From: Octopus vulgaris
Lineage: Eukaryota
Assembly: GCA_951406725.2 (NCBI GenBank)
Contig: OX597818.1
Coordinates: 44,268,001 to 44,332,000, forward strand
DNA length: 64,000 nt
Direction of reading: 5' to 3'
Shown here: positions 25,560 through 39,692 of the stretch, piece by piece
How positions within the stretch are numbered: position 1 is the stretch's first letter
Layout: the number at the start of each line of letters is the position of its first letter
Program-made: the position numbers and the translations under genes
Notes under the pieces: generated by a model
The model's input: the letters and a program-made list of their open reading frames with translations, nothing else
Database searches by the model: none
Told to the model about the DNA's origin: nothing

Positions 25560-26560
25560 TATATTTTGATTCAAGCGATGCAATGGCAGTCGAATGGGTG
25601 CATTGCTGCTGGCAGTATTTAAATTGGTTGATTTTCTTGTTAATTCTTTTTATTTTTCTGATAATTGCTCTTCTATCTCTAGGGATTCTGCACTTAGATT
25701 TGTATACTGATCTTAATGGAGTATGTTTTGCGCATATATTTGTAACAGAATCTACAAATGTCTGTCATAATGTGTTTATGTTGGAGGGTGTGTGTGCATG
25801 CGTGAAGGCCCAGTCAACTTGTGAAAGATCATGATTGATTGCATCCCATTCTGTGTTATGAAGATCCATAGTGTCAAAAGGATGGACTGGAGAGATATCA
25901 CTGGATTTGATCTTTGGGTGGTAGAATCTCAGATCGCAGAGAACCATGTCATGGTCTGAGAGTAGTGGTATTTTTTCCATTGCAATATTGAGGATAGTGT
26001 CAGTATGGTTACTGAATACTAGATCCAAGATGTTTTTGTGACACCTTGTTGGTTCGTGAACAAGTTGGGTTAGGAAAAACTCGTCCATGAAATCAAAAAG
26101 CAATTCGATTGCTTCCTTATCAGGGATTAAGGTGGAAAAACCTGGTTTCAAGCTGTTTGTGGACCAATCAATACTGGGAAAGTTGAAGTCCCCCATCATT
26201 AATATGTTGTCAGCATGACACTGATGGATGAAACACTTAATACTGTTAAGGCATTCTTTGAAGCGTAGTAAATGAATTAGGGGTCGTCTGTAGAGCCCAA
26301 CTACTATTTAATTGTTGGTTTTACACAGAAGCTGCTTCACAGTAACCATTGGTAAAAACGTCCATTGCTTCAGCTGAAAATGAATTGTGCATGAAAATGG
26401 TGGTCCCACCCTTTCTTCTGCTGACATGATCTGCACGGATGGCTGTAAAATTCTTCACTCTTGCCTCAGTTTTTAAGTGGAGGTTATTGAGATGGGTCTC
26501 TGTGAGGACGTAAAAAGGGATATGGTGTGGATGAAGGGCTGATGCTTTGTGCATTGAGCA
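25560..26560 (-). mobile_element. decayed CR1/L2-clade LINE ORF2 (AP endonuclease domain)
   Basis: VLTETHL, R.D...RKGG, MGDFNFPSIDW, QLVHEPTR, ILDLVFSN and SDHDMV motifs, split across two ORFs. Confidence 0.88.
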
Positions 26561-26890
26561 AAAATGTTGAGGCGATAATGGTGACTTTTGACTGTTTTGG
26601 TGATTTGCTTCTTAATAGCAGCAATAGGAGTTTGTGCAATAGGGTGGTGGTGGGGAGTAGTATTGTGTGATGGCTAGAATGTGCTTTTGTAGCTCTTTTG
26701 CGAGATTCATTATGACTAAAAAAGAATTCTGTTTGGAGAACTGGAAATGTTTGTGGTCGTGGGTTTTGTATTGGTTAGGGATCCTGTTTATAATTTTATT
26801 TGTGATGAGTTTCCAGGAGACGGGTAAATGGACAATTGTGCTGTAGGCATAATCTGTTACACTGGGAATAACGGCAAACTCTTTCCCCAA

Positions 26891-26936
26891 GACACATGAT
26901 GAAGGCTGGAGAGTATATCAGCTGAAACGTTGTGTT
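26891..26936 (+). ncRNA. degenerate hammerhead motif (C3 changed to A)
   Basis: gacac-aTGATGA-ag-gctg...cagc-t-GAAACGTT-gtgtt. Stem I gacac/gtgtt, stem II gctg/cagc. Confidence 0.55.
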
Positions 26937-27107
26937 AACAACAAACAAGATGAGGACAAATATCCATCAAATGTAAATAATGTACATAATTCCTCATCTC
27001 TTAAATGTAAGGCATAAAAGTGTTCTACTCGACCATTTTGTCAAGTTATTGTCCTATATATATGTAAATTAGAAAAAAAAGTTCCTTTAACTTATTAGAT
27101 GATTTTA

Positions 27108-27162
<55 letters not shown>

Positions 27163-27233
27163 TATATATAGTTGTGGTGCATCTTTTGACAAGTTGTGGT
27201 GCACCTGAGCACTGTATACAATAATTTCATAAT

Positions 27234-27299
<66 letters not shown>

Positions 27300-27499
27300 G
27301 TTAAATAAGGCCAGTTTATGGGATTACCTTAGGTTTCACATCCATAAAGGGATTAGTTTTATGGCATCTTATCTAACTTTAATATATAATGCTCTATAAC
27401 TTAGAGTGTGCTTCCCTTTTTGGATTTATGTTTATGGATGATCTATCTGTCCGTCCGTCCGTCCATCCATCCATCCATCCATCTATCTATCAGTATATG

Positions 27500-27826
27500 A
27501 AAGGAGGAGCACTCTGTTGGTTATGACAAAGAGGGTCCCAGCTGATACAGACAATGGAACAGCTGGCTTGTGAAATTAATGTGCAAGTGGCTGAGCACTC
27601 CACAGACACGTGTTTCCTTAATGTAGTTCTCAGGGAGATTTAGCGTGACACAGAGTGTGACAAGACTGGCCCTTTGAAATACAGGTACTACTCATTTTTG
27701 CCAACTGAGTGGACTGGAGCAATGTGGAACAAAGTGTTTTGTTCAAGGACACAATGTATTACCAGGAATTGAACTCATGACCTTATAATTGTGAGCTGAA
27801 TGCCCTAACTACCAAGCCATGTGCCT
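27500..27826 (-). mobile_element. tRNA-derived SINE family D
   Basis: Reverse complement head ggcacatggcttggtagttaggg...gagttcaattcc (A/B boxes), followed by tgtgtccttgaacaaaacactt. Confidence 0.7.
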
Positions 27827-28023
27827 TCACTACATGTTTTTCTGCTTCTGAAGATTGAATACTGGAGCTGGTGCATTGCTGTACCAGCGCCAGCAATTCT
27901 AGCATCCAATTCAGTCCTCTGAAACTGGGAGTCTGTTTTATGTCTTAAGTTTCATGCCATTGTGATCTTCAAGTGAGAACTCACTTGATGATCACAGTGA
28001 TGTGAAACTGTTAGTTCCAGTTT

Positions 28024-28247
<224 letters not shown>

Positions 28248-28332
28248 TCAAAATAACAACAAGGATATCCAGAGGTAATGCATGAAACGATCGTACTGCA
28301 TTACCTCTGGATATCCTAGTTACTTATTTTGA
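28248..28332. repeat. foldback inverted repeat around a hammerhead 3' half (GAAACGATCGTA)
   Basis: 28248-28282 is the reverse complement of 28297-28332. The spacer is tgaaacgatcgtac. Confidence 0.8.
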
Positions 28333-28462
28333 TTTTAATCACCTTACTTTGAAATTGTATGGATAATACCGTACTAAATTCTGGTGCCTCAACTTAAGTT
28401 GATTCATCTGAATCTAAATTTTTGCTGAACTCATCTACCATACTCGAAGTGTGTGTGTGTAT

Positions 28463-28507
<45 letters not shown>

Positions 28508-29339
28508 GTTTGCCTGCTTGTATGTCTGTCTGTCTATTTATCTATTTTTAAAAATGTAACATACATAAAAGAAATACTTAGATCGATATAAATTCTTGCA
28601 TTGATAAACTTAAATGAATCATTACCAGTAGTTAGCAGAGTTGGTTATGGCTGGACAGTACATTGACAGAATTTAATATCAGATATGTCACACTTACATA
28701 TGCACGCATATAACTATAACATTTCATTTATTCGCTTTTAGGTTGAACAAATTCTATTAACTAATTTTATGTCAATATTTTTATATTCTTTACTAGCAGC
28801 CTCGTTTATAGAAGAAGTTTATTACATTTAATTTCTTTTTATATTGCAGCTTGTGAGACATGGTAATTGATTACAAATTTCAAAGGGCTGGATCTTGGTT
28901 CTCAGCATTGCAAATGGAGTGACAGAGGAGTGTGTGTAATTCAGTTTAGAGCAAACAGTCATAGAGAACTTTGTTTACAGGGCACCAGTTTTTCAGTTTT
29001 TCTCTCTGATGCATACATTCTTTGCTGACACACATCAGTGAAACATACATCTACATGTGCATTATTTATAGTAATTTTACATAATTTATAACTAAATGGC
29101 TCATATTTATAATTAGATTGTCCTTCTTAGAAACATAGTTATTTAAGATAACAAGAAGAATGGACAGAAAGATAGCAAGAAGAAGACAAGAATATATGTG
29201 ACATCTTAGCTCTGCAACACGTACCAAGTGTTCAGAGTTATCAGTCTGTCAGCTAAATGAGAAATGGTTTTACATATATAATTCAAAAAATCCAGCCATC
29301 TATCTTCTCAGTTCACTATTCCTGGGTGGGTCATGAGAG

Positions 29340-29948
29340 CAGAGTTCTCAGCCACCTCCTCCATAGGGTCCTATCAGAAGCAACTGTCATTACTTTAAAG
29401 TAGGATTCTCAGGAATAACCGACTGAGACTATGGATATTAGCCAATGATCTTGTTTGTGGTCTACCTCTAGGTCTCCTGCTAGTTGGCTCAGCTTGAAAA
29501 ATCTGTCATGTGATACTTTCCTGCAACATTCTAATCACACATTTGTAGCATCAGAGCTGTGACTTCTCAGTCTGAAGAAGTAGCAACTCAACTGGAAGAA
29601 TCTCACTGAAGTGTGCATCCTGTTCAATAATATTACTCCATTTTGGTCACTTGTATTTACAATCATACGTTTTCAGTTATTATCTAAAATTCATGACCAT
29701 TGGTAAGGATAGACATGAAAACTGAATTGAGGATGGCAAGCTTGGCTTTTTTTTATCAATCTTTCCTTTTCTGAAGATTGAATACTGGAGCTGATGCATT
29801 ACTGTACCAGCACCTGCAATTCTCGCATCCAATTCAATCTTCTGAAACTGGGAGTCTGTTTCATGACTTAAGTTTCATGCCATTGTGATCTTCAGGTGAG
29901 AACTCACTTGGTCACAATAATGTGAAACTGTAAGGTCTAGTTTCAATA
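29340..29948 (-). mobile_element. RTE-clade LINE 3' fragment; 29770-29948 is duplicated at 27847-28028
   Basis: DARIAGAGTVMHQL...AKLAILNSVFMSILTNGHE post-RT motifs. Confidence 0.7.
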
Positions 29949-30792
29949 AAAAGAAAAACGTATCTCATGCATCATGAATTGAGAATACTTCTTTCAACTG
30001 TTCAACATAAACCAACATAAGAAAATAAATTACATTTTGATTGCACAATGGAAGCAAGATTGTTGGTGATAATAGTAATAAAAGTGAAGAGCAGGAAGTG
30101 TTAGTGGCAGTGCTAGTGATAGCAGTGTTGCTATTGAAGATCATTGTGGAGGAGAAAGCAAACATTAAGGACGTTGGTGATATAAGCAGTGCTAGAAAAA
30201 AAATAAACATGATTAAGAAGCAGACAGACAGAAAAGAAATAGACAAAATAAATAAGATTGATAAAAAAGTAGTATTAATGATATTAAAATAGCTGGAGTC
30301 AAATATATTGGGATTCATGTAGTGATAAAAAAGAAATGACTGTAAGAAATGATTAGAATAAGAAGTTTTAAAAAGGAAAGAAGGTGTAAAGTGATTGATA
30401 ACATTAGCAGGTTGCGTGAATTAGTGTAAAGATAAAAATTTGCATATTTGATTGAAAGAAATGGAAACTGAATCATAAGTTGAAAAGCAAAATTACTAAC
30501 ACCATCTGAAGAGTATGCATCAAGCCAAGGCATTTATTTTGTTACCTTGTATTAACTTTCTCAAATATTTTGTATGAAATTATGATTCAAATATCAACTG
30601 ATAAAAGTAAGGTATTGTGGGGTCTTCTCAACAGCTTTCTTTTATTGTATATTAAATTGCATAATTACCCTGTGTTAATGATGGGCATGGTTTTATTATA
30701 TTAGGATATATTTTTAAGATGTTCTCTTAATATTAATAGTGTTTGAAAGAAGAGAAAAAATAATTATAAGTTTTTATAAAATAATTATTTCT

Positions 30793-31010
30793 GTGTGTGT
30801 GTGTGTATGTTTGTGTGTCTGTGTTTGTCCCCCCAACATTGCTTGACAAATGATGCTGGAGTGTTTACGTCCCCGTAATGTAGCAGTTCGGCAAAAGAGA
30901 CCGATAGAATAAGTACTAGGCTTACAAAGAATAAGTCCTGGGGTCGAATTGCTTGACTAATGCTGGTGCTCCAGCATGGCCACAGTCAAATGACTGAAAC
31001 AAGTAAAAGG
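30793..31010 (+). mobile_element. SINE family A, 3' half
   Basis: Matches the family A 3' half. Confidence 0.85.
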
Positions 31011-32310
31011 GTATATGAATGAAAAAACGAATGGCAACTTATACATCCGTTCTCTGTTATTAGTGCAAATCAACAAAAATGAAGTTCAATATGTTGTTTG
31101 TAGAATATAGGCTTCTGTATACTTATTTTTTCTACTCTAGGCACAAGGCCTGAAATTTTGGGGGAGGGGGCCAGTCGATTAGATCAACTGGTACTTAACT
31201 GGTATGCAACTGGTACTTAATTTATCGACTCCAAAAAGATGAAAGGCAAAGTCGATCTCGATGGAATTTTGAACTCAGAATGTAAAGACAGATGAAATAC
31301 CACTAAGCATTTTGCCCGGTGTGCTAACGTTTCTGCCAGCTTGCCGCCTTACATATGCTGATTATTATACACTTCCATGACCAGCATTTTAAGTGACTTG
31401 GTGTGCAAATAAGGACACATTTTACATTTTAAAATTCTTTAATATCATATAATACAGAAATTAAGTTTTCTTTTTTTTTTTTTGTTATCCTTAAATGAAG
31501 AGAAATGCCCAAAACTTTCAAAACTAGTGGGAGAAAGAGGGGATGGTATCCTGTAATTTTAAACCTGGACTGAATGCTCACAACAGAGTGGACTCTTTCT
31601 AAGGCTCTTAGAAATGCTGGGTGGATGTGTATATAGAGCAATGGATTAAGTCAACTACCCATGTTGGTGAAGACAGTATTTGAACCCAGAACATAAAAAG
31701 CCAGAATAAATACCACAAAGCTGATGCTAATTCGTCTACCAGTCCACAATCCTAAATAAATTAAAGGTAAAATTGACCTTGGCTGGACTTGAAGTCAGAA
31801 TGTAAGGTGCTGGTTTAAACTCTCAAAAGAACATTTACTTGCAAAAGGAATTTTGTATTGTTCTTATGAAGTCTCTCAAAAAATGTGAGGCTTGGAAAAA
31901 GTAGAGGGGGTTGATAAAAATATTACAGCTTAATTCTAATTGTCAAGGTTTCCAATATATTAGTTAAACAATAATTAATTGGTGATAAAGCTGCTGTATC
32001 ATGACATTTCTACTGCTTTTTTTTTATGTATTGAGTAAAGTTGTGGCTTTTTGAAAAGCAATATAATGCTGAAGGCATTTGTCTGTTTTGGCAGGTTTTA
32101 CTTGGACCAATACAAATTGCAGAATAATAAGGAAGAAAGAAAACAAAATTTAAATTTTAAGGTAATCATCAATCTAGAGTCAGAAGTCAAAATTTCTGAT
32201 TCCAGTTTTGATGGTTATTAGGTTTCAGATTTCACTCATGGATTTAAAATACATGATTGTAACCTTGTAACCCCAGTTAAACTTGAAAACGATGATAATA
32301 ATTGATAATA

Positions 32311-32411
32311 TGTTTCTTTATTAGCCACACAGGGCTGAACACAGACGGGACAATTTACAAAGTAGAGCTTTTCTTTTTGGGGAGAAAAAAAAGTGGGGTA
32401 GGTTTTCGATC
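32311..32411 (-). mobile_element. 101-bp retroelement 3'-end insertion with 14-bp TSD
   Basis: TSD aataattgataata at 32297-32310 and 32412-32425. Tail tgtgttcagccctgtgtggctaataaagaaa resembles the SINE-C tail. Confidence 0.75.
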
Positions 32412-34055
32412 AATAATTGATAATAATCAATAATTCAATCAATAATTGATAATAATAAATCTCTCCTTTAGTAACAAGTCACTTTGACATCAACCCTACT
32501 CTTTGAGTTATCTTAGAAAGTTTTCAATGTAAAGTTTTGAATAATTATATAATGATATAATACATTTATTTTATCCCTGTTAGCTTTTACGTTAGGTAAA
32601 CTATTTTTGTTTCTATTTTGAATAATAGTTTTGGTTATCTGAACCTAGAACTACTTCTCATAAAAAGCTTGTTATGTTTTATTAGGAAAGAGCAAGCAAT
32701 AATGGAAATGTTGCATCATAATAAAAATAACTGTTTATCAAATTTATATTTCCTCTAGAGTTCCAGCTATCTAAATGATAATTATATAAAGATAACAGTA
32801 TAGATTTTGAGAAAATTTGTAAAGACGTGTGCTAGTTACAAGTATTGCAGGAGTTACTATAGTTTAGTAGAGTTTGGGCTATCATAAAATATATTGCCAC
32901 AGTATAACAAAGAATGAATTCAGTTGCATTTTCTCTCTCAAGCAGTTGGAATGTCAGTATTAATATGTCACAGTATAGTAAATTTATATGTGTGATGTTA
33001 TCTATCTTAATAGAACATAGAAGATATAGTAGGTTTAATAAAATGCCAAGGAAAGGTAAAGATACATACCAATCTTCTACAAGTTATATTTTTACACAAA
33101 TTCACAATAGCTTGTATGTAGAAAAATAATTTCTTAATCAGTGTATACATAAACATACATGTATAACATGCTTCCCATCTCAGCAAGGAAGGTGGTGCCT
33201 ACTTTGGACTAAAACTAGAATATTAATGATCAGATACAAAAATAAATGATTTTCAGTCCATTGTCAAAATTTAATTTGATGTATGGATTCCACTATATAG
33301 AATGGTTAATATTTTGTTGTTAGACAGATAGATTTCCTCCATACCTTCCAACTAACCACAATATTAAACTATGTGAAAAGCTTTAAGGTTTTAAGTAAAG
33401 TTCCAGAATTCATTAAATATAGGATCAAAACAAAAGGAAGATTTGCCGTTTTTGTTCAGTGCTATTATAGAGTGATGAATGTTTGTGTTACATTGTCTCA
33501 AATGATTGAAATAATTTTTAGATGCATGTTTTGTTCATGTAGGTGTATAAAATAGTAGTAATTACAAAAAAAATATATGTGTAAGTAAATAGTTTTTGCT
33601 GTGAAAATATTTTTATACATTGTCTCATAATGATAAGGCCTTTTGTTGATAATTCATGTTATTAATATTTACTGCCTACTCCATAGCATGCTGAAATACT
33701 TAGGTATATATCATAAATGTTAATTTACTGATAAATATATATGTAAACCTGGTTTCATGTGAAATGAATTTGTAAATTATCTCACTGAAGAAATGTTAAT
33801 TTGTTATTGGTTGTCCCCTTTTATGTGGTACAGCTGTTGAAATAATGACTTCCCACCAATATTTCTACAACCATCAATGCTACTACTACTACAATACTAT
33901 TGTTATGAATTGCTGAAATTATCTGCAATAAGACCTGTACATTAATGCATACTCATACAGACTGTGTGAGCATGAAAGAAACAGTGTGCAATCGAGTGAA
34001 TAGGTGAGGAACATAAACAGACAACATTTTATGGATGAAAATAATGAATTACTAC

Positions 34056-34205
34056 CTCCAAGATAAGTGTTTGAAAATGAACTACTTTTCTTCTTGGTGG
34101 TTTCATCAATAGCTAGAAGTTGCTTAGGTGGGTCTGGTGTATCCAATGAAAAGCTTTTCATCCGGGAGTTCAACTTCTTTCTTCGGCTCTTTGGGCTATG
34201 AACAA
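34056..34205 (-). CDS. STAC: STAC-family adaptor exon (linker with K-L-N-x-R-M-K-S-x-S-L-D motif)
   Basis: atttcag|...GAG|gtagta, 150 nt, phase 1-1. Encodes VHSPKSRRKKLNSRMKSFSLDTPDPPKQLLAIDETTKKKSSSFSNTYLG, resembling the insect Stac linker (HSP..RQKLNLRMKSxSLD) as recalled. The donor is less certain than the acceptor. Confidence 0.82.
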
Positions 34206-34268
34206 CTGAAATGTGCATGGCATACAGAGATATTTAAGTTGAGAAAATATACAGTGAATAACTTACAA

Positions 34269-34646
34269 ACAATAACTCTGAGCACCTTTTCAAACTTCAC
34301 CCGTCTAACACCCGTGGACATGTTTACAAAGTCAGAAAACAGCACAGCTCCCATGACTTTAGGAAACATTTTTTCACGCTGAGAGTTGCTGAAGCATGGA
34401 ACAAACTGCCGGCATCAGTTGTTAGTTGTCAGAGCACTGCATCCTTCAAAGCTTCCATGCTTTCTGAGATTCGCCAACACAACACCTGATTTTCTCCCCT
34501 CCATACACACGCAAGCATGTATCTGACTCACACATTGTTTGCTTTCCAGACATTTGTACATTACTGCATATGCTTTATACGCACTTTTGACAAGTTGTGG
34601 TGCACCGGAGCACTGTATACAATAATTTCATTATTATTATTATTAT
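34269..34646 (+). mobile_element. CR1-like LINE 3' end with (ATT)n tail
   Basis: NTRGHVYKVRKQHSSHDFRKHFFTLRVAEAWNKLP, then 3' UTR and tail. Confidence 0.85.
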
Positions 34647-35688
34647 TTAAATAAAATCTAGATGGAAGAAGACTGAATATATTAGTGATGATTGAAGGAC
34701 ATGCATAAAAGAAAGGAAATTAATGGAAATAATTAGATAAAAAAAAAAATCACAATACATGTTCAAAAGTAATACATGACAACAAACAGTAAAACGTTTT
34801 TAGAATGTCAATTTATACAGAAATATATTTTCAGTAGATTTTAAATGTCCCACATTTCAAGTAACAGGATTTCCAGTATTGATGTTGATAATAAATTATA
34901 TATTTCAGCAAATAAGTGCCATGTCTTCCCTTCCAAAAAGCAAATAAATGTTTTGTGATTTGTGAAAAAATTATTACTTCCATAATTTACATTTTTAGAT
35001 GTAGTTTTCCCAAAACAATCTGGATACAATATAGAAAATGTGATTGATTTTATTACATATATATACATATATAGTTGAATAATTTGCTTAATAGAAATGA
35101 AAAACAAAAAAAAAAGACAATATTTTTTGTTTTATTTAAAACAGTATTTGTTGTGTATTTTCAGAGTAATACAAAATGCTCAAGTAAAAAATATTTGAAT
35201 AATCTTCCAGATCACTAATTCATTATAAATATAATCATAGTTTAAAAGAACAAAATCAAGGCATGTTTTTGTGTAAGTAGCTTAAGCAGTCAATGAAAGA
35301 TGTTCTTTCAGCAGCAAATTCTTATTTTCCAATTGTACAAAATACAAAAACCTTGTTGGAGGAGAAACATTTTAGATAATAACTTTTACTGAAAAAGTCC
35401 ACTTCTATATTTGCTGATGCAAACTATTATTATTGACTATAGTAATTATATTTAGAAGTCAGTGAGGCAGGTAATCCAACTTTATTGTTTTCTCTTCTTT
35501 CCTTCAAACTCACTGAATAAAAACTACAACACCAATTCTATTTTCATTTCTAAAACCTACTAAAAAGAAAAAAATCCCAGATAATTGGCATTTTCTTTGC
35601 TAACCTGTTTCGTGAGTGTAAATTTTAGGCTTTCAAATTCTCTCTTGACAAAATAACACCACAAATTATTTACGGAAAATGTATAAGT

Positions 35689-36075
35689 AGGTGCAGGTGT
35701 GGCTGTGTGGTAAAATGCTTTCTTCCCAACCGCATGGTTCCAGGTTCAGTCCCACTGTGTGGCACCTTTGGCAAGTGTTTTCTAATATAACCATAAGCTG
35801 ACTAAAGCTTTGTGAGTGAATTTAGTTGATGGAAACTGAAAGAAGCCCATCATATATATGTGTGTGTGTTTGTTCTTCACCATTACTTGATAACTGGTGT
35901 TGGCATGTTTACATTGCAGTAACTTAGTGGTTTGGCAAAAGAGACTGATAGAATAAGTACTAAGCTTAAAAAATGAATATGTGCTGGGGTTGATTCATTT
36001 GAATAAAAACTTTCAAGGTGGTGCCCCAGCATGGCTGCAGTCTAATGACTGAAACAAGTATAAGATAAAAGATAA
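35689..36075 (+). mobile_element. SINE family A (more diverged subfamily)
   Basis: Full-length diverged match. Confidence 0.85.
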
Positions 36076-36337
36076 GTATGACGTTTTTGATAGTCATAAT
36101 GCAACAAAGCTCTCATGTTCATGCAATTAATAATATAAATATTTTATTCCAAGTCTCTCACTCTTGTTTGATACTTTATTCAAATGGAACATGATGCAGC
36201 CCTGTGACTCACTGGGTCCTATCAAACCATGCAACCCATGCCAGCATGAAAAACAGACGTTAAGTTTTGAGGATAATGTTATTCTGACAACCAATATTTC
36301 AAATTTATGCATTAAACTCAGTCATTTCTTTTATATT

Positions 36338-36728
36338 CTTTACTCTTTTACTTGTTTCAGTCATTTGACTGTGGCTATGCTGGAGCACCGTCTTTAGTTG
36401 AGCAAATCAACCCCAGGACTTATTCTTTGTAAGCCTAGTACTTATTCTATCGGTCTCTTTTGCCGAACTGTAAACACACCAGCATTGGTTGTCAAGCGAT
36501 GTTGGAGGGACAAACACAGACACACAAACGTATACACACATACATATAATATATACATACATACGATGGGATTCTTTCAGTTTCCATCTACCAAATCCAC
36601 TCACAAGGCTTTGGTCGGCTCAAGGCTATAGTAGAAGACACTTGCCCAAGGTGCCATGCAGTGGGAATGAACCTGGAACCATGTGGTTCGTAAGCAAGCT
36701 ACTTACCACACAGCCACTCTTACGCCTA
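36338..36728 (-). mobile_element. SINE family A
   Basis: Full-length match. Confidence 0.9.
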
Positions 36729-37626
36729 TGTTTTTTCTTATTAAAAATCATTTAGATAATGTCATGCCTTTTTTTGTGTATTTGGATTTTAGAGTGAACA
36801 AAAAAGAAAGACAAAAAGAAAAGAAGCCTGCTGTGTTATCAGGTTTTTGACTTTAAGGCTAAAGTCAAAACTATTTACTCTTTCTAGAGAGTTATCTGAA
36901 AAATCTAGGAATTTTGATTTATGAGAATCTGTAGCAATAATTATTCCTGTAAAGCTGGTACATTTGAAGTTTCCCTTCTCAGTTAGGGTACCAGAGATAC
37001 CATTTTACCTTTTATAAACTCATCAATTTGTCTTTTGCTCTCTTTACCTTCAGATTATTGGACTGTAAAACAGGCTTGGAACTTTGTTAGTAAATTCTTT
37101 GACAGATTCTGCTATGAGAACAAGTTCATCAACAGCCTTGTTGAATACCTGTGAATACACAAAATTTCATACATGGTTTCCTTCACAAACCAGACTACAG
37201 CATATTTCCTGAACACTAAATGTAAACAGTTGTTTTTCTGTCATTAGAGATATAGCATCTGAGATTCTGCGATGTTGTACACACCAAAATTGCATCTTAT
37301 CAAAGCTAAACTGGATTAACTTTGTTTAAAAGTCTTTCAGCTATTTTCAAGACTTAGTGCATCAGTTTGAGGGTTCTTTAATTGTTCCTTTCCAGTATGC
37401 TACCTTTGCTCTGAAGCAATTAATCTTTTAAGGGCAGGTATAAATAGAAAGTCTTTTCATGTAGGATGCCAAAAAAAAAAAGGAAAAACAAAACCCCACA
37501 AGATGATAATAATTCAAATAGCTTATAATGCAAACTTGGCTTATATACCATATCTGTCTTCTTCAGAATTTAGCAGTGTGTCAATAAGCCACACCTGACC
37601 TTAAAAGGGTTAATGATGATGTACTT

Positions 37627-39652
37627 TTTTCTTTTCTTTTCTTTTTTATTTGTTTCAGTCATTTGACTGTGGCCATGCTGGAGCACCGCCTTTAGTCGAG
37701 CACATCAACCCCCAAGACTTATTCTTTGTAAACCTAGTACTTATTCTATTAGTCTCTCTTGCTGAACCACTAAGTGATGGGGACATAAACACACCAGCAT
37801 CAATTGCCAAGCAATGTTGGGGGGACAAACACAGACACAGAAACATATACATTCACACACACACACATATATACATATATACACAATGGGCTTCTTACAG
37901 TTTCTGTCTACCAAATCCACTCACAAGGCTTTGGTCGGCCCGAGGCTATAGTAGAAGACACTTGCCCTATGTGCCATGCAGTGGGACTGATCCCGGAACC
38001 ATGTGGTTGGTAAGCAAGCTACTTACCACACAGCCACTCCCACACCTATATTGTTATTGGGAATAATATCTTCCTGCATTACTCAATTATTTGAGTTAAT
38101 AGCATATGATGTATGCAGCCTGACCCCTTCAACATCTTAGCAACTAACCCTGATGCATTCATTGTTGTATATCTTGTTTTTATCCCAACGAACTAGTAAT
38201 ATTTGGTCAATTCCACTTGGAGTATTTTGTTGTATCTCAGGAGGGTCATTATACCAGAAACAAACACACAAGATAGAAGAAAATATGTTTCAACACATGA
38301 GATCACATCAAGGATCTTGCAAACCAATTACAAAAACGAAACCTCTTGGAGTAGTTTTTCACAATCTTATTCATACAACTCATAGTAACCTTTCCATACC
38401 TCTTTCTTTTCACTACCACTGAAAAGAAGAACGCTTGTTTTGGTAAATATTCTTCTGTTCCAAGAATACTTAATGACATTCATCCTCATGCTGCAGAGTG
38501 TTAGCAAATCCTCTGCTCTTAGTTTTTCTCATCATTAGATTCCCCTTTTTTTTTCCTTTTTACTTATTTCAGTCATTTGACTGTGGCCATGCTGGAGCAC
38601 CACCTTAGATGAAGAAATTGACCCCAGGACTTATTCTTTGTAAGCCTAGTACTTATTCTATTGGTCTTTTTTGCTGAACTACTAAGTTATGGTGACATGA
38701 ACACACCATTATCAGTTGCCAAGCGATGGCAGGGGTAAGGAGGGAGCAAACATAGATGTGCACACACAAATACATACATACATACATACATACACACATA
38801 TACACACACACACACACATATATATATATATGACAGGCTTCTTCCAGTTTCCAAATCCACTTGGATAGCCCAAGGCTAATAGAAGAAGACACTTGCTCAA
38901 GGTGTCACATAGTGGGACTGAACCCAGAACCCTGTGGTGGGGAAGCAAGCTTTTTACCACACAGCCACACCTGTGCCTATATATCTAATATTTTGCTATC
39001 TCAGTAGCTTTTTGATATCATTCCTTGCTGCCCCTTCCTAACACTTCTCCCAGATATATTTTCTTATTTGCTCCAGTCAATAGACTACGGCCATGCTGGG
39101 GCATCACTTTGAAGAATTTTTAGTTGAATGAATCAACCCCAGTACTTGTTTCTTTTAAAGTCTGGTACTTATTCTATCAGTCTCTTTTGCTGAACAACTA
39201 AGTTGTGAGGACATAAACACACCAACAATGGTTGTCAATCATTGGTGGGGAACAAACAGAGACACAAACACACTCACAAGATGGGCTTTCAGTTCATGTC
39301 TATCATATCCACTCACAAGGCTGTGAGTAGAAGACACTTGTCCAAGGTGCCACACAGTGAGACTGAACCCAGAACCATGTGGTTAAAGAGTAAAATTCTT
39401 ACCACATCTGCACCTATAATCCTATCCTGCACTTAGAATCCTGCTGAGCTGGATTTTTGCTCCATCTACAATAGTTGTTAGCAGTGTGCAATACACTCTT
39501 TTACTTGTTTCAGTCATTTGACTGTGGCCATGCTGGAGCACCACCTTTAATCGAGCAACTCGACCCCGGGACTTATTCATTGTAAGCCCAGTACTTATTC
39601 TATTTGCCGAACCGCTAAGTGATGGGGACATAAACACACCAGCATCAGTATA

Positions 39653-39692
<40 letters not shown>

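Noticed and set aside
25385-25834. 149-aa + strand ORF
   Set aside because: It is the antisense of the LINE remnant plus the foldback arm, with no recognisable domain.
29965-30533. Low-complexity ORFs on both strands
   Set aside because: Degenerate purine-rich simple-repeat region.
36990-38520. Coding-like minus-strand patches, possibly a decayed DNA transposase, near a aaaagggttaa end at about 37612
   Set aside because: Frequent stops and no diagnostic motif, so no family can be assigned.
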